Part shown: positions 48,846 through 59,928 of the stretch, piece after piece
Numbering within the stretch: position 1 is the first letter of the stretch
Layout of the letters: each line of letters starts with the position of its first letter
DNA from: Bacillota bacterium
GTDB lineage: Bacteria > Bacillota > JAAYKD01
Length of the DNA: 61,992 nucleotides
Direction: 5' to 3'
Assembly (NCBI GenBank): GCA_963666425.2
Contig: CAXXTX010000016.1
Span: 1 to 61,992, forward strand
Notes under the pieces: generated by a model
Told to the model about the DNA's origin: nothing
What the model saw: the letters and a program-made list of their open reading frames with translations, nothing else
Databases searched by the model: none
Translations under genes and position numbers: made by a program

Positions 48846-49909
48846 AATTTACCCCTATAGCTAGGAAAAAAAGAAATCGCATTATTATTCTCATCAAAGA
48901 CTATTTCTTCTGACTTCCTAATCTCAACCAATTCTCTGTAAATCTTTTCATTAAACACTCTTTGACCTATATAAAACTCTTGATCGCTATTTTTGCTAAA
49001 TGCTTTTTTAAACTTGTAAAGAGTATCAGGCTGAGATCCAACCCCTCCACCTAGATGTAACTTTTTATACCCATTTTCACAAGCCCATAACGCTGCTTCA
49101 TAAAGGAGCAGGTTTGTAGGAGCTAATTGTAAATACTTCTCACGTGTAGCAGATAGATGATAATGCATATTTTGATTGCAAAACATAAAGATTGCAATTG
49201 AAGCTATTTCTCCATTGATTTTCGTATAAAACCACATAGAATTATATTTCATATCATTCAATATGCTTAAGTAGAACTCATTACTAAAATAATAATATTC
49301 GTCAGCATTGTTTTTATCCATTGTTTGGTTATACATATCAATAAATACCTTGATAATACTGATATCTCTACTCCAATAGGTCTCAATTCCGGATTTTTGA
49401 GCTTTTCTTATCATGTTTCTATTTTTACTAGTAATATCTGAATATATCCTTTTCTGACTAGATGTATCGATACAAACAGTATTCCCCTTATAAATTATTG
49501 TATATAGTACTTGTAAACCTTGCCAATTTTTCAAAAGGGGGTGAAAACGAACAAATTCACAAATATAATTATTATGATAGCAAAACTCACTATACACCTT
49601 GCTTAGGTTCTCAATATCATCTCCATCAACTAAAAAGCCACCATAACCATATGGTGTAGTAAGATCGAAGTACATATTCTCTTTGATAATATCTTTGAAG
49701 TGAATGCTTTTTGCTATATCACGTTTCATTACAACATTAATAGCTTTCGTTGTATTGTTTTCAAAATAAATAAGAATCGGTTCGCCATCTCCATTTATCT
49801 TAAACGCTTTGACATACTCGTTAAGATAATATACATCATAATTATCAAATGTCTTAACGATATTATTCCATTTTTCAGTTTCACAAAATTTGATTTCTGT
49901 AATATTCAT
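48842..49909 (-). CDS. GNAT/FemAB-like acyltransferase
   Basis: TPYGYGG, FVRFHP, MIRKA, YHLSA, LHLGGG, LYKFK. Confidence 0.85.
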   Translation of the reverse strand: MNITEIKFCETEKWNNIVKTFDNYDVYYLNEYVKAFKINGDGEPILIYFENNTTKAINVVMKRDIAKSIHFKDIIKENMYFDLTTPYGYGGFLVDGDDIENLSKVYSEFCYHNNYICEFVRFHPLLKNWQGLQVLYTIIYKGNTVCIDTSSQKRIYSDITSKNRNMIRKAQKSGIETYWSRDISIIKVFIDMYNQTMDKNNADEYYYFSNEFYLSILNDMKYNSMWFYTKINGEIASIAIFMFCNQNMHYHLSATREKYLQLAPTNLLLYEAALWACENGYKKLHLGGGVGSQPDTLYKFKKAFSKNSDQEFYIGQRVFNEKIYRELVEIRKSEEIVFDENNNAISFFPSYRGKL

Positions 49910-50451
49910 AATAGCTCCCTTAACTTAACATATTCTACTGTTTCACTCAATATTAGGTCATACCAGCTTTCATTTTTAATTTGTTATCATCGTTTAAATA
50001 TGCAAAAAAAACACTTTTCCGTTTTGGTTCTGATTGGTACACATATTCGATCATTGAATATGTTTATTGGAATCGGCATGATACCTTTTATTTGGTGGTT
50101 TTTTTTAAGAGGAAGTGCCAGTATGGGAGTTAAACTAATAATTACCGAACAGTTCCATTCACCTTGATGCAATTCAATTTAACTTATAACAGGTGTATCG
50201 CAAGAATTCATACTACTTTAACGTCTTTACTGATATTGTGATAATTAACACTTGTTATTGTTTTATGCATCAAACAAAACCTTCTGCGACCATAATATAT
50301 GTAACAGTAGGCTTAAAGTTTAATGAATCATAAACTTATCAATAATACCAAATCGTTTTTAAAACGTATTTACCATATTATGACATATAAGAATCAGTGC
50401 TCTCGGTTTTAGCTAATTTATCGGAAACATGTCGTAAATTACACCGTTTAC

Positions 50452-51788
50452 GGATCCGTCAAGAATTTTGTGCTTTTGCTTACTAGAACAAACATTTCTG
50501 TAAATAGGATGAAACCTTATCCAGGAAATAAATCGATAATTGTAAGAGAATCTAGCCCCAGTTTTGAATACGCTCAGACCACTTTCTGAGGAAATCCTGT
50601 GTGGCAAGGTAAAGCATTTTATGTTAAGCTTCGTCATTAGGAAATATGTTTTTCACTTTTGTCACTTTTCGTAGCTGACGATGATAGCTTTCAATCATGT
50701 TTGTCGTATAAATCAGCTTACGCAACTCAGGAGAGTATTTGAAAAAGGTCGATCACTCCGGCCAATTCTTCCGCCAAGACTGCACGATTAAGGGGTATTT
50801 TGAACCCCAGATCTGTTCAAAGGCATCCAGTTCGGCCGCACCGGCGCATTCACTGGGGGCTGTGTAATTTGGCTTCAAGGCTGCGGTTATTTTCTTGGCA
50901 TCCTTATAAGAAACATACTTGATTAAATTACGGATCTGGTGGACAATGCATTTTTGAATTTCGGCATCCGGATAACAGGCAGCGATGGCTTCGGTGAATC
51001 CGGCCAAATTATCCACACTAAAGATTAGGATATCCTGAACACCACGGTTTCTTAAATCATTGAGTACACTCAACCAGAATTTTGAGGATTCTGTTTCGCC
51101 AATCCACATACCTAAGACATCTTTATTGCCTTCCAAGTCCACACCAATGCACATATAGGCTGCTTTATTGACAATATGACCTTCCTGGCGCACTTTGTAT
51201 TGAATTGCATCGAGAAATACGATGGCATAGGTATTCTGTAGCGGTCTCGCTTGCCATTCCTTAATCAAGGGCATAATTTTGTTGGTTACATTATAAATAA
51301 AAGCTGGCGATACCTTTATTCCATAGAGCTGATTCAAGTGATCCTGGATATCACGCGTTGAGATTCCTTTCGCATATAATGCCAGGATTTGTTCTTCAAT
51401 TCCATTGACACTTTTTTGATACTTGGGTACGATTACTGGTTCGAATTCCCCTTCGCGATCGCGAGGAATATCGATTTCCATGTCTCCATATTCACTCCGA
51501 ACGGTCTTTTTAGAATTACCGTTGCAGCGATTGCTGGTCTGTTTCTTTTGGCTGTCATTTTTGTCATAGCTGAGGCTGTCACTGAGTTCTGCTTCCAACA
51601 TTTATTCCAATGTGCTCTTGACCATTTCTTTCAGAGCGTTCTGAATGTCTTCTGTGGTTCTCAAGTTGTTCTCTTTAATGAATTCTCGTAGTTGTGCTTT
51701 TTCCATGAGTGCCATATCTTTCACCTCTCCATTCAATTATACATCTATTGGTTTGGATTGGTAAAAGCACATACTATTTTACACTACC
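50452..51788 (-). mobile_element. Degenerate IS256-family copy (transposase pseudogene)
   Basis: Homologous to the 24190-28023 element, with premature stops near 51603 and 50753. IRs are retained; the TSD is degenerate (CCGTTTAC/CCGTTTTT). Confidence 0.88.
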
Positions 51789-51941
51789 CCGTTTTTTAAC
51801 CATGTGAAGAGTCATTACACTAAAGAGGCAATGCTTTATACTATGGACTGCTCTTCTTTCATCGAACTTGTTTTCTTTTTTTGTCGTAATTTTGCAGATT
51901 CATCATCTAATACACCATTTATTGAGCTTTCGAGATCAAAT

Positions 51942-53054
51942 TTACTTAAACAAATCTGAAATAATCTGGCATACTTTATATAAATCTTCATCATCCATCT
52001 TCGTATCGCTCGGTAGACAAACGCCATTTTTAAATATCTTTTCAGAAATACCTTCACCAATAAAATCATATTTCTCAAAGAAAGGCTGTAATTGCATAGG
52101 TTTCCAAATTGGCCTTGTTTCAATATTCTCTTTTTCTAAAATCAACATAATATCAAGTGGCTTTACTTTCCCACTTAAAGTAATACAAGTTAACCAGCAA
52201 TTAGGAAGATTCCAATCATTGATAGGCATAAAGTGAATTCCATCCAACCCACTTAATTCTTTTTTGTAAAAATCAAAAATATATCTCTTCTTTGCAATGC
52301 GTTGATCCAGCACTTTAAGTTGACCTCTACCGATACCAGCAACAATATTGCTCATCCGGTAATTGTACCCTAGCTCGCTATGTTGGTAATGTCTTGCCTT
52401 GTCTCGGCTTTGCGTAGACCAGAATCTTACTTTTGCTATTCTTTCTTCGTTATCAGAAACCAACATCCCACCACCTGAAGTAGTGATGATTTTGTTTCCG
52501 TTAAAAGAAAAGATGCCATAGTTGCCAAAGGTACCCGTATATTTCCCCTTATAGGTAGTACCTAAGGATTCTGCTGCATCTTCGATTAATGGGACATCGT
52601 GTTTTTTGCATAACTCCATGATTGGGTCCAAATCGGCTGAAAGGCCATACAAATGTACAACAATTACCGCTTTTACATTTGGATATTTCTCAAAAGCTTC
52701 TTCCAACAACTTGGGGTCCATATTCCAGGATTTTTCATCGCTATCGATGAAAACTGGAATCGCATTTTGATAGATCACCGGATTGATGGTGGCAGAAAAA
52801 GTTAAACTGGGGCAAAACACGATATCTCCTGCTCCAACTCCTGCTGCTATGAGTGCCATATGAATTGCTGCTGTACCTGAAATTAAAGCTGCCGCATGTT
52901 TTGAGCCAACATAGGCAGCTAGTTCATTTTCAAATCCCGTTACATTTGCTCCCAAAGGCGCAATCCAGTTTGTGTCGAAAGCTTCTTTTACATAAGCTTG
53001 CTCATAACCTTCTTCACTCATGTGAGGTGATGATAAATAAATCCGCTCTGCCAT
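51942..53054 (-). CDS. UDP-4-keto-6-deoxy-HexNAc 4-aminotransferase (DegT family; PglE/EpsN/WcfR-like)
   Basis: 'YLSSPHM...AFDTNWIAPLG', IEDAAESLG, SFNGNKIITTSGGG, GYNYRMSN. Confidence 0.92.
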   Translation of the reverse strand: MAERIYLSSPHMSEEGYEQAYVKEAFDTNWIAPLGANVTGFENELAAYVGSKHAAALISGTAAIHMALIAAGVGAGDIVFCPSLTFSATINPVIYQNAIPVFIDSDEKSWNMDPKLLEEAFEKYPNVKAVIVVHLYGLSADLDPIMELCKKHDVPLIEDAAESLGTTYKGKYTGTFGNYGIFSFNGNKIITTSGGGMLVSDNEERIAKVRFWSTQSRDKARHYQHSELGYNYRMSNIVAGIGRGQLKVLDQRIAKKRYIFDFYKKELSGLDGIHFMPINDWNLPNCWLTCITLSGKVKPLDIMLILEKENIETRPIWKPMQLQPFFEKYDFIGEGISEKIFKNGVCLPSDTKMDDEDLYKVCQIISDLFK

Positions 53055-53186
53055 AACATCACTTCTCCTTAATTAAAATTAGTTCTATAAAAATATCTGA
53101 ACTTCTATTTTCGTCATGATTGATATGGTTTCCTGCATAAAAATCACGAAAACAACAACATGTCAATTTTCTTGCGTTTCTAGAAT

Positions 53187-55073
53187 CTAACCTCTTTCGC
53201 TCATTTCCGGTGCTTCCGCAGCTGAGAGGTTTACTTCATCCGCATTGTGGTAAGTTGAAACAACCTGCATCATGGCGGAACGTATGGTTGCATTGCCGCC
53301 TTCTTCCAGCGCTTTTGCTAATATTTCCAGTTTTTCTTCCAGAATAGCTCTGGTAATTGGTTCGTCACGCTCGATAAAGATGAGTTCGTTTTCGGTTTTA
53401 TTCAGATCCTTTTTTCTCATCAGCAGCTCTTCGTAAAGTTTTTCACCGGGGCGCAAACCAATTTCCACAATCTTAATATCTTCGTAAGGCTTTAAACCAG
53501 AAAGCCGAATCAGGTTCTCGGCAAGGTCCAAGATGCGCACCGGGTTACCCATATCGAGCACGTAAATCTCGGATTTGGCTGCCATCGCCCCGGTCTGCAG
53601 CACCAACTGTGAGGCTTCGGGTATAGTCATAAAGTAGCGGATGATGCGGTTATCAGTGATGGTCACCGGTCCGCCACTTTCAATTTGCTTTTTGAATAAT
53701 GGGATTACGGAACCGTTGGAACCTAGCACATTGCCAAAACGCACCGCCACAAAATCGGTCTTGCTGTCTTTGCGGCTTTGGATGATTTTCTCACACATGC
53801 GCTTGGAGGCACCCATAATATTGGTTGGGTTAACTGCTTTGTCGGTGGAAATGAGGATGAATTTCTGCACTGCATATTTCTCGGCCAGGTTCGCTAAAAC
53901 GTAAGTACCAAAGACGTTGTTCTTCACCGCTTCGCTGCAACTTTGCTCCATCAGCGGCACATGTTTATGCGCTGCGGCGTGGAAAACGATTTCCGGCCGG
54001 TAGATAGCGAATAGTTCATCCATCTTAATTTCGTCTCGCACAGAGGCAATTTCCACCGCCAAATTCAATTTGGAACCGTAAGTGCGGATCAATTCCTGCT
54101 GAATATCGTAGGCGTTATTTTCGTAAATATCAATAATGACGAGCTGCTTGGGCTGCAATTTAGCGATTTGTCGGCAGAGTTCGCTGCCAATGGAACCGCC
54201 GCCGCCGGTGACCAGAATCTTCTTGTTGCGGTAAAACTCCTTGGCCTCCGGGCTGTTAACGGTATGCGTGTTGCGGAAGAGCAGGTCCTCGATGTGCACA
54301 TCGCGCAAGGTCAGTTTATGTTCGGAAAGACCGTCTTCCAATAAGGGATAGTCATACATTTTTACTGGGCAGTCGGTGACAGAGTATTTTTTGTAGATCT
54401 CTTTTTTTTGTTCGGGCGGCAGATCCGGCAGGGCGATGATAAATTGCTGAATCTGATATTTGGTAATCATTTCATTTAGATCAGCAGAAATGGGAATTAC
54501 CCGAATGCCTTTGATCAGGCTGCCAATCTTGAGAGGATCGCTATCGATAAAACAGACAGGGTGATATTTCTTTTTACGATCGTTGATCAATTCGGTAATT
54601 AGTAAGGAACCCACCGCACCGGCGCCAACGATGGCGATATTGAGCTTTTCAATGCCGGTTTGTTCCGCGGTTTCTTTTTGGCGCAGATAACCGCGCAGGA
54701 TTTGGTAGAGGAATCGGGCAGAAAGGGTGGCCAGTGTTGCTACTGAGATTAAGGCAACGCTGCGGACAAAGGTGATCCGGGTGGATAGGACGTTACTGAG
54801 CAACAGATAAGCAATGCCGGCAGCCAGGTCGGAAATGACCAATTGGAAATATTCGCTGGCTTGGGCATAACGCCAGACATTGGAATAGATGTGGAAGAGG
54901 AAGCGGCAGACGCTAACCAAGAAGAGGATGAGCAGGGCATGGGTAATACGCTCGGTCGTAGAGAGCTTGGTGACTTCGCTGGGGTAGTAGCCCAGCATGA
55001 GTAAGCTCGAGACGAGAAAGCAGGTGAGGTCAACGAAGATGAGGGTAATTTTGTGGCGGGTTTTGCTGTTCAT
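53187..55073 (-). CDS. capD: Membrane-bound UDP-GlcNAc 4,6-dehydratase (CapD/PglF family)
   Basis: 4 N-terminal TM segments, GAGAVG, TGGGGSIGSELC, HAAAHKHVP, STDKAVNP, RFGNVLGS. Confidence 0.93.
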   Translation of the reverse strand: MNSKTRHKITLIFVDLTCFLVSSLLMLGYYPSEVTKLSTTERITHALLILFLVSVCRFLFHIYSNVWRYAQASEYFQLVISDLAAGIAYLLLSNVLSTRITFVRSVALISVATLATLSARFLYQILRGYLRQKETAEQTGIEKLNIAIVGAGAVGSLLITELINDRKKKYHPVCFIDSDPLKIGSLIKGIRVIPISADLNEMITKYQIQQFIIALPDLPPEQKKEIYKKYSVTDCPVKMYDYPLLEDGLSEHKLTLRDVHIEDLLFRNTHTVNSPEAKEFYRNKKILVTGGGGSIGSELCRQIAKLQPKQLVIIDIYENNAYDIQQELIRTYGSKLNLAVEIASVRDEIKMDELFAIYRPEIVFHAAAHKHVPLMEQSCSEAVKNNVFGTYVLANLAEKYAVQKFILISTDKAVNPTNIMGASKRMCEKIIQSRKDSKTDFVAVRFGNVLGSNGSVIPLFKKQIESGGPVTITDNRIIRYFMTIPEASQLVLQTGAMAAKSEIYVLDMGNPVRILDLAENLIRLSGLKPYEDIKIVEIGLRPGEKLYEELLMRKKDLNKTENELIFIERDEPITRAILEEKLEILAKALEEGGNATIRSAMMQVVSTYHNADEVNLSAAEAPEMSERG

Positions 55074-55104
55074 TATGTAGTCTCCCTAGTTTAGTGGAGG
55101 TAAA

Positions 55105-56150
55105 AATATTAGAGGGGTACGAGGACGGGGGGATGATAGTGGGAAATGATACGGGAAGAAGATGAAGGGTGAGATGGGACGATCGTTGGAAATAAGATGA
55201 GTAGAATTTGAAGGGTGATGAGGAAGATCGTTGGAAATAAGATGAGAAGAAGTTGAAGGGTGAGAGGGGGACGCAGGACGGGGAACGAAGGAACGCGGAA
55301 TGGTCAAGACCATTCCCTACATTGCGAGATCGTTGGAAATAATACAAGAAAAAAAGGAATGGCGAGATGGGGACGATCGTTGGAAATAAGATGAGTAGAA
55401 GTTGAATGGCGAGATGGGGACGATCGTTGGAAATAAGATGAGTAGAATGAGATAAATGAATAAAGACGAGGGAACAGAGGACGGGAGGACGGGGAACGGG
55501 AGGACGGGGAACGGGGTGACGCGGAATGGTCAAGACCATTCCCTACATTGCGTGATAGTGAGAAATAAGATGAGTAGAATGAGATAAATGAATAAAGACG
55601 AGGGAACGGAGGACGGGGGACGGGGGACGGGGTGACGCGGAATGGTCAAGACCATTCCCTACATTGCGGGATCGTTGGAAATGATACAGGAAGAAAGTGA
55701 AAGGTGAGATGGGATGACGAGACAGAGGAACGAGGACGGAAAGAGAGAAATAAGACAAGTAGAATTTTAAAGGAGAAATGGGGGCAATGGAGAGAAATGA
55801 ATAGTCATTTTTCTGCATATTTCCATGTTTGGATTTCTATTCCAACCGGCTACATATTGCAGCCAATTGCCTTCTTTTTTACGAAAGCATTGGTCTGTTT
55901 AATCAAAATCGCGAAGTCGAACTTCTACCTATTTCTACTTACATTTTATTCATAAACCATTCGCTTGAAATCCGGAGAACTCCTTTATTTCAATTTAAAG
56001 ATAATAGATTCTTTTTGTTTGTTGGTTTATGGTAAGGAAAAGCATGTTATTCCTGTTGTTTTAACATTTATTGTAATGTTAATTTTTGTAAGGACGCGGA
56101 ATGGTCAAGACCATTCCCTACATTGCGAGATCGTTGGAAATAATACAAGA
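55105..56150. repeat. REP-like repeat cluster 4 (reverse orientation)
   Basis: GCGGAATGGTCAAGACCATTCCCTAC ending at 55320, 55546, 55662 and 56121, with repeated GATCGTTGGAAATAAGATGAG and GGGACG-rich blocks. Confidence 0.88.
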
Positions 56151-56301
56151 AAATATGTGCAATTGCAAAACAGTCGAGAATGTTCGATACAGTTAGATGG
56201 TTTCGGTGCATCAACCCCGCGAATCACGCAGAATTGGTCTTCTTCTTGATTACAATATAATAATACGTTAATATAATGTGTTTTATTCCGTTAGGTAATA
56301 A

Positions 56302-56330
56302 TTGACATTTTCTATCTATTAATTTAAGAT
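56302..56330 (+). promoter_or_regulatory. sigmaA promoter for comK-like gene
   Basis: TTGACA-17 bp-TAAGAT. Confidence 0.6.
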
Positions 56331-56356
56331 ATTTCAAGGTGTTAATTCCAAATTAG

Positions 56357-57031
56357 TTGAAAGGGGTGTTTCGTTTGGTGATCGACTTTCAGTCTGTAAG
56401 AAAACAAATTGTGGCGCTTCTTCCCTGCTATTTACCGGAGGGGGGCAATGGCTGCCGCGTCTTGCTGCGCAACGGCCAGGAGCTTCTCTTTAGAAATCGC
56501 ATTGCAAAAGTATGGAACGACTACCTCATGCTTTGGGGTTTGGCTGACGATGCCCTGGAGCATGCTTATGCCCATGGTAAATTAACTCCGGTACCGCTGA
56601 CCAATCAGCATACCTTTCTTTGTTTGCGCGTGCGCAAGGCGTTGGTGCAGGGCGACAGCGTTTATGGTTATATCGAGCACGAAAGCCTCGATTACCCTAT
56701 CGGCTCCGCGCGGGAAGCGCTGCACGAAATCACCTGCTGCGGACACCATATTGAAATCATCACCAGCATCGGCCATCTGCAGATGCAGCGTCAAAAAGCA
56801 ATTGCGGTGCAGCAAGCCTGGCAGGAATATCATAACAGACCGTCGCAGAAAATGACCGAGTCGCTGCTGATGCGGGATCTGCTGATTATGAAGTATAAAT
56901 TGCTCAGCTTCATTCTGAATAGTGAACAGCCGGAGCAGCGCTTGACAGAGATCAACGATGATTATGCCATTTTGCAAAACAGAACGGCCGCTTTCCTGCT
57001 GGAGGAACCGATTCAGCCTTTGAGAAAATAA
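56357..57031 (+). CDS. comK: ComK-family protein (clostridial type); start may be the GTG at 56378
   Basis: 'ALLPCY...GNGCRV', 'PVPLT....FLCLRVRK...GDSVYGYI'. Confidence 0.6.
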   Translation: MKGVFRLVIDFQSVRKQIVALLPCYLPEGGNGCRVLLRNGQELLFRNRIAKVWNDYLMLWGLADDALEHAYAHGKLTPVPLTNQHTFLCLRVRKALVQGDSVYGYIEHESLDYPIGSAREALHEITCCGHHIEIITSIGHLQMQRQKAIAVQQAWQEYHNRPSQKMTESLLMRDLLIMKYKLLSFILNSEQPEQRLTEINDDYAILQNRTAAFLLEEPIQPLRK

Positions 57032-57061
57032 ACAGCCGAATTGGCTGAGAACATATAAAAC

Positions 57062-57108
57062 AGCAAGACAGGTCCTGAAGAGAACAAATCTTCGGGGCCT
57101 GTCTTGCT
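57062..57108. terminator. Hairpin between convergent genes (probable bidirectional terminator)
   Basis: AGCAAGACAGGTCCTGAAGA...TCTTCGGGGCCTGTCTTGCT. Confidence 0.7.
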
Positions 57109-57154
57109 ATATGGGGCGACGTGTTCGGGTGCCCTTTAGAGGAAGTTGCTTGTT

Positions 57155-58432
57155 TTATTCGTTGACTTTATGGCCAGTGAGTGTGCCAAGGTTGCTGAAA
57201 CCGCTCTCGCCCATAACGAAAATACTGCAGTTGTTAATCAGGATACCACTGCTGCTGTTGAGGAAAGCGCCGCCGCTGATTCGCAGGAAGAAGCCATCGA
57301 TGATTATAGTGGCTTCATTGCTAAAGCTGCCGCTAATCACATCCAGCATGCCGCCATGCGTGTTGACATTACCGGCTTTGAGAAAGATCGAACCATGGTT
57401 AATCACTTCGCCGCTGAAAAGACGCAGCTGACCGCCAATGGGGCCGTTGTCGCTGAGATCCGGCAGTGAACTGGCCGCCAAGTTGATGGCGCCGTTGTTG
57501 ATTAGCTTACCGTTGTTCTGCACCGCCAACACGGAATAGTTGATGAAATCCGGGCGGATGCTGTCGGCACCCAGGATGTTTAGCGTGCCGTTGTTGGTGA
57601 GTGTACTTTCCACATAAAAATCGTTGCCGCGGTTGACGGTAACGGTTACCCCAGCCGGAATGGTGAGTTCACCGCTGATGATCACGGGTGTGCCGATAGA
57701 ATCGACGGTGATCAGGTTAAAACTGCCGGATGCCAGCACCGTTTTCAGGGTGTCGTAAGAGGAAACGGAAATGGTGCTGGGAGTCGGTTCGGCCACAATG
57801 GCTATGGCATTGGCGTAGGCATCATTGCTGAAAATGTTATCGGCAATTAGCTTTTTAGCGAGGTTCAGGCTGCCGGTTTTTAAATCTGCCTGCAGAGCCG
57901 CCCAGGAAATCAGGCTGACATCCGAGCGTAAAAAGTTTGTTGTATCCACACCGCTGGGCAAGATGCCCACCGCTGCGGCCAGTGTGTTCGGTTCGTTCCA
58001 GACAAAATCGCCTTCCGTATCGCTGTAGTTGAGGGCGCGCAGCATAAAGGTGAGATACATATCGGCATCGGCATTGCCTTTGCCAAATTCCGTGGCGGAA
58101 ATACCCATGGTCAGACCCTTGCTGTAAGCGTAACCAACATAATTGTCGGCCCAGGCATCCACATCGGTAAAGGGATGTGTCCAGGTTCCGTTGAGCGCTT
58201 CCGTTTCTTTACCCAGGGTGCGGATCAGCATAATCATGGCTTCGGTGCGGGTGGGCGCTCGGTTGAGAGCAAAATCGGTATCCGATACTCCCTGAAATAA
58301 GCCGAGGGTTTTCAGCGCCTGCGCTTTGGTTTCAGCTTCCGCGCTGTTGGCGGCATAGGCCGGTGTCAGCAGGCACATGCTCAAAACCAGCACAATAAGG
58401 AAGCTGATGAGACTCTTTGCTGTGATTTTCAT
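57155..58432 (-). CDS. Secreted S-layer-homology (SLH) protein with beta-helix-like C-terminus
   Basis: Signal peptide MKITAKSLISFLIVLVLSMCLLTPAYA, 'LGLFQG...PTRTEA', 'PFTDVDAWA..YVGYAY..GL', and Asn/Gly-rich repeats. Confidence 0.85.
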   Translation of the reverse strand: MKITAKSLISFLIVLVLSMCLLTPAYAANSAEAETKAQALKTLGLFQGVSDTDFALNRAPTRTEAMIMLIRTLGKETEALNGTWTHPFTDVDAWADNYVGYAYSKGLTMGISATEFGKGNADADMYLTFMLRALNYSDTEGDFVWNEPNTLAAAVGILPSGVDTTNFLRSDVSLISWAALQADLKTGSLNLAKKLIADNIFSNDAYANAIAIVAEPTPSTISVSSYDTLKTVLASGSFNLITVDSIGTPVIISGELTIPAGVTVTVNRGNDFYVESTLTNNGTLNILGADSIRPDFINYSVLAVQNNGKLINNGAINLAASSLPDLSDNGPIGGQLRLFSGEVINHGSIFLKAGNVNTHGGMLDVISGSFSNEATIIIDGFFLRISGGAFLNSSSGILINNCSIFVMGESGFSNLGTLTGHKVNE

Positions 58433-58545
58433 TGTTTGTTTCCCTTGCCTTTCCTGATATTTCGTTTGCAACAGCTCTATTTTACAGAAAGGGGGGTAAA
58501 CAAAAGGTGAGCTGGCAGCCCACCTTTTCAAGACAATTTGCTGTT

Positions 58546-59928
58546 TTATTCTGTTTTTGCCGCAAAGAGGCGGTCGGCGTTGGCCAGGAGAACGGCAGTC
58601 TCGCCTTTGCTAATGTCTTCCGGACGGCCGACACCGCTCAGCATGCCGCTCTTTTCGGCAAATTGCAGGGCAACCCGCACACCGGGGTAAACGCCGTTGT
58701 CGTCTTTGAGACTGGTGTAATCGGTTACCTTTTCCGGCCAATAGATTTTCACCGCAACATAGGCCATCACGTCGCGCGGTAAATATTGCTCGTCGCCCAT
58801 GCCCCAGGGCAGGAAATTGTGCTCGCTCTCGTGCGGCAAGCCTTCTTCCGGCAGGGCGTAGACATAGTCGCGGCCGTAGCCGTAGAGTTCGGTTAAGATA
58901 GTTTTCACAAAGCCGATGTCGGCGTAGGCAGCGGAATCGTCAAACAGCTTGGTGTTGAATTTTTGCTGCAGGTAGGTGATCGCATCGCTCACGCGTTCTG
59001 CATCGGTGGCGACGGTGGGGATGATTCCCTCGGCGAAGGGGTTGTAGGTGGCGGCGCGATACCAGCGTAAGCCAGCCCAAACAGAGAGCGCAACAGCTGC
59101 CAGCAGGCAGACGCTCAGCAGGATTTTACGTCGCAGCTGCGCCGCCGGGTTTGCTTCTTGCAGCGCTTTTTTCAGCGCCGCTGCGTTGCGGAAGCGTTCC
59201 TGCGGCGCAAAGGCGGTGCATTTGTTAATGATCTTGGCCAGCGGTGGGTAAACGACGCACTTGTTGTTGGCCTTCTCGCTGCCGGTAAAGAGAAAACGCA
59301 GCAGGATGCCGAAGGAATAGATATCGGCGCGGCCATCCGTCTGCGAGAAGCCGTATTGCTCCGGCGGGGCATATTCGCGGGTGCCGAAGAATTGCGTATC
59401 TGTTTCGGCTTGGCGGTGGTAGACGCGGGCAATGTCAAAGTCAATCAGCACAAGGCTGCCATCCGGACGGATGATGATGTTCTGCGGTTTGATATCGCGG
59501 TGAATCACGGGGTTTTCCTGGCCGTGCAGGTAGATCAGGATATCGCAGAGTTGCAGACAGAGCGCCAGCTTGGTGGTTTGGTCGGGCGATTGCTCTGCTA
59601 AGTAGCGGTCGAGCGATTTGCCTTCGATATACTCGCGGACAATGCAGACTCCCCTGTCGTTCTCGAATTCATCCGTAAAAGCCGGCAGACCACTGTGATG
59701 CAGCCCTTTCAGGATGCTGCTCTCATGCACCAGGGAGTAGAGCTGCTTATCGTAAAATTTCGCCACATAGAGCTTGCCGGTTTGCCTTTGCCGCACCAGA
59801 AAGGTTTCGGTACCGTGGCCGTTAGCCAAACACTCCAGCTGATCGTATTGCGCTAAAAACGCAGCGGGATAGGCTGTTTGATCAAGAGAATTGAGAATTT
59901 CATTCACCGCTGTTTGCAGATTGTTCAT
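58546..59928 (-). CDS. Hanks-type Ser/Thr protein kinase with TM segment and extracellular domain
   Basis: VAK, HRDIKPQN, DFD, GTREYAPPE, DIYSFG, TM 'ILLSVCLLAAVALSVWAGL'. Confidence 0.92.
   Translation of the reverse strand: MNNLQTAVNEILNSLDQTAYPAAFLAQYDQLECLANGHGTETFLVRQRQTGKLYVAKFYDKQLYSLVHESSILKGLHHSGLPAFTDEFENDRGVCIVREYIEGKSLDRYLAEQSPDQTTKLALCLQLCDILIYLHGQENPVIHRDIKPQNIIIRPDGSLVLIDFDIARVYHRQAETDTQFFGTREYAPPEQYGFSQTDGRADIYSFGILLRFLFTGSEKANNKCVVYPPLAKIINKCTAFAPQERFRNAAALKKALQEANPAAQLRRKILLSVCLLAAVALSVWAGLRWYRAATYNPFAEGIIPTVATDAERVSDAITYLQQKFNTKLFDDSAAYADIGFVKTILTELYGYGRDYVYALPEEGLPHESEHNFLPWGMGDEQYLPRDVMAYVAVKIYWPEKVTDYTSLKDDNGVYPGVRVALQFAEKSGMLSGVGRPEDISKGETAVLLANADRLFAAKTE

Noticed and set aside
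49915-50450. Possible genes in AT-rich gaps (also 36540-36700 and 18830-19020)
   Set aside because: Only short ORFs with no recognisable motifs; possibly decayed remnants, but not supportable.
24190-51788. Composite transposon formed by two inverted IS256 copies around the polysaccharide genes
   Set aside because: Each copy has its own distinct target duplication, indicating independent insertions, and both transposases are broken.
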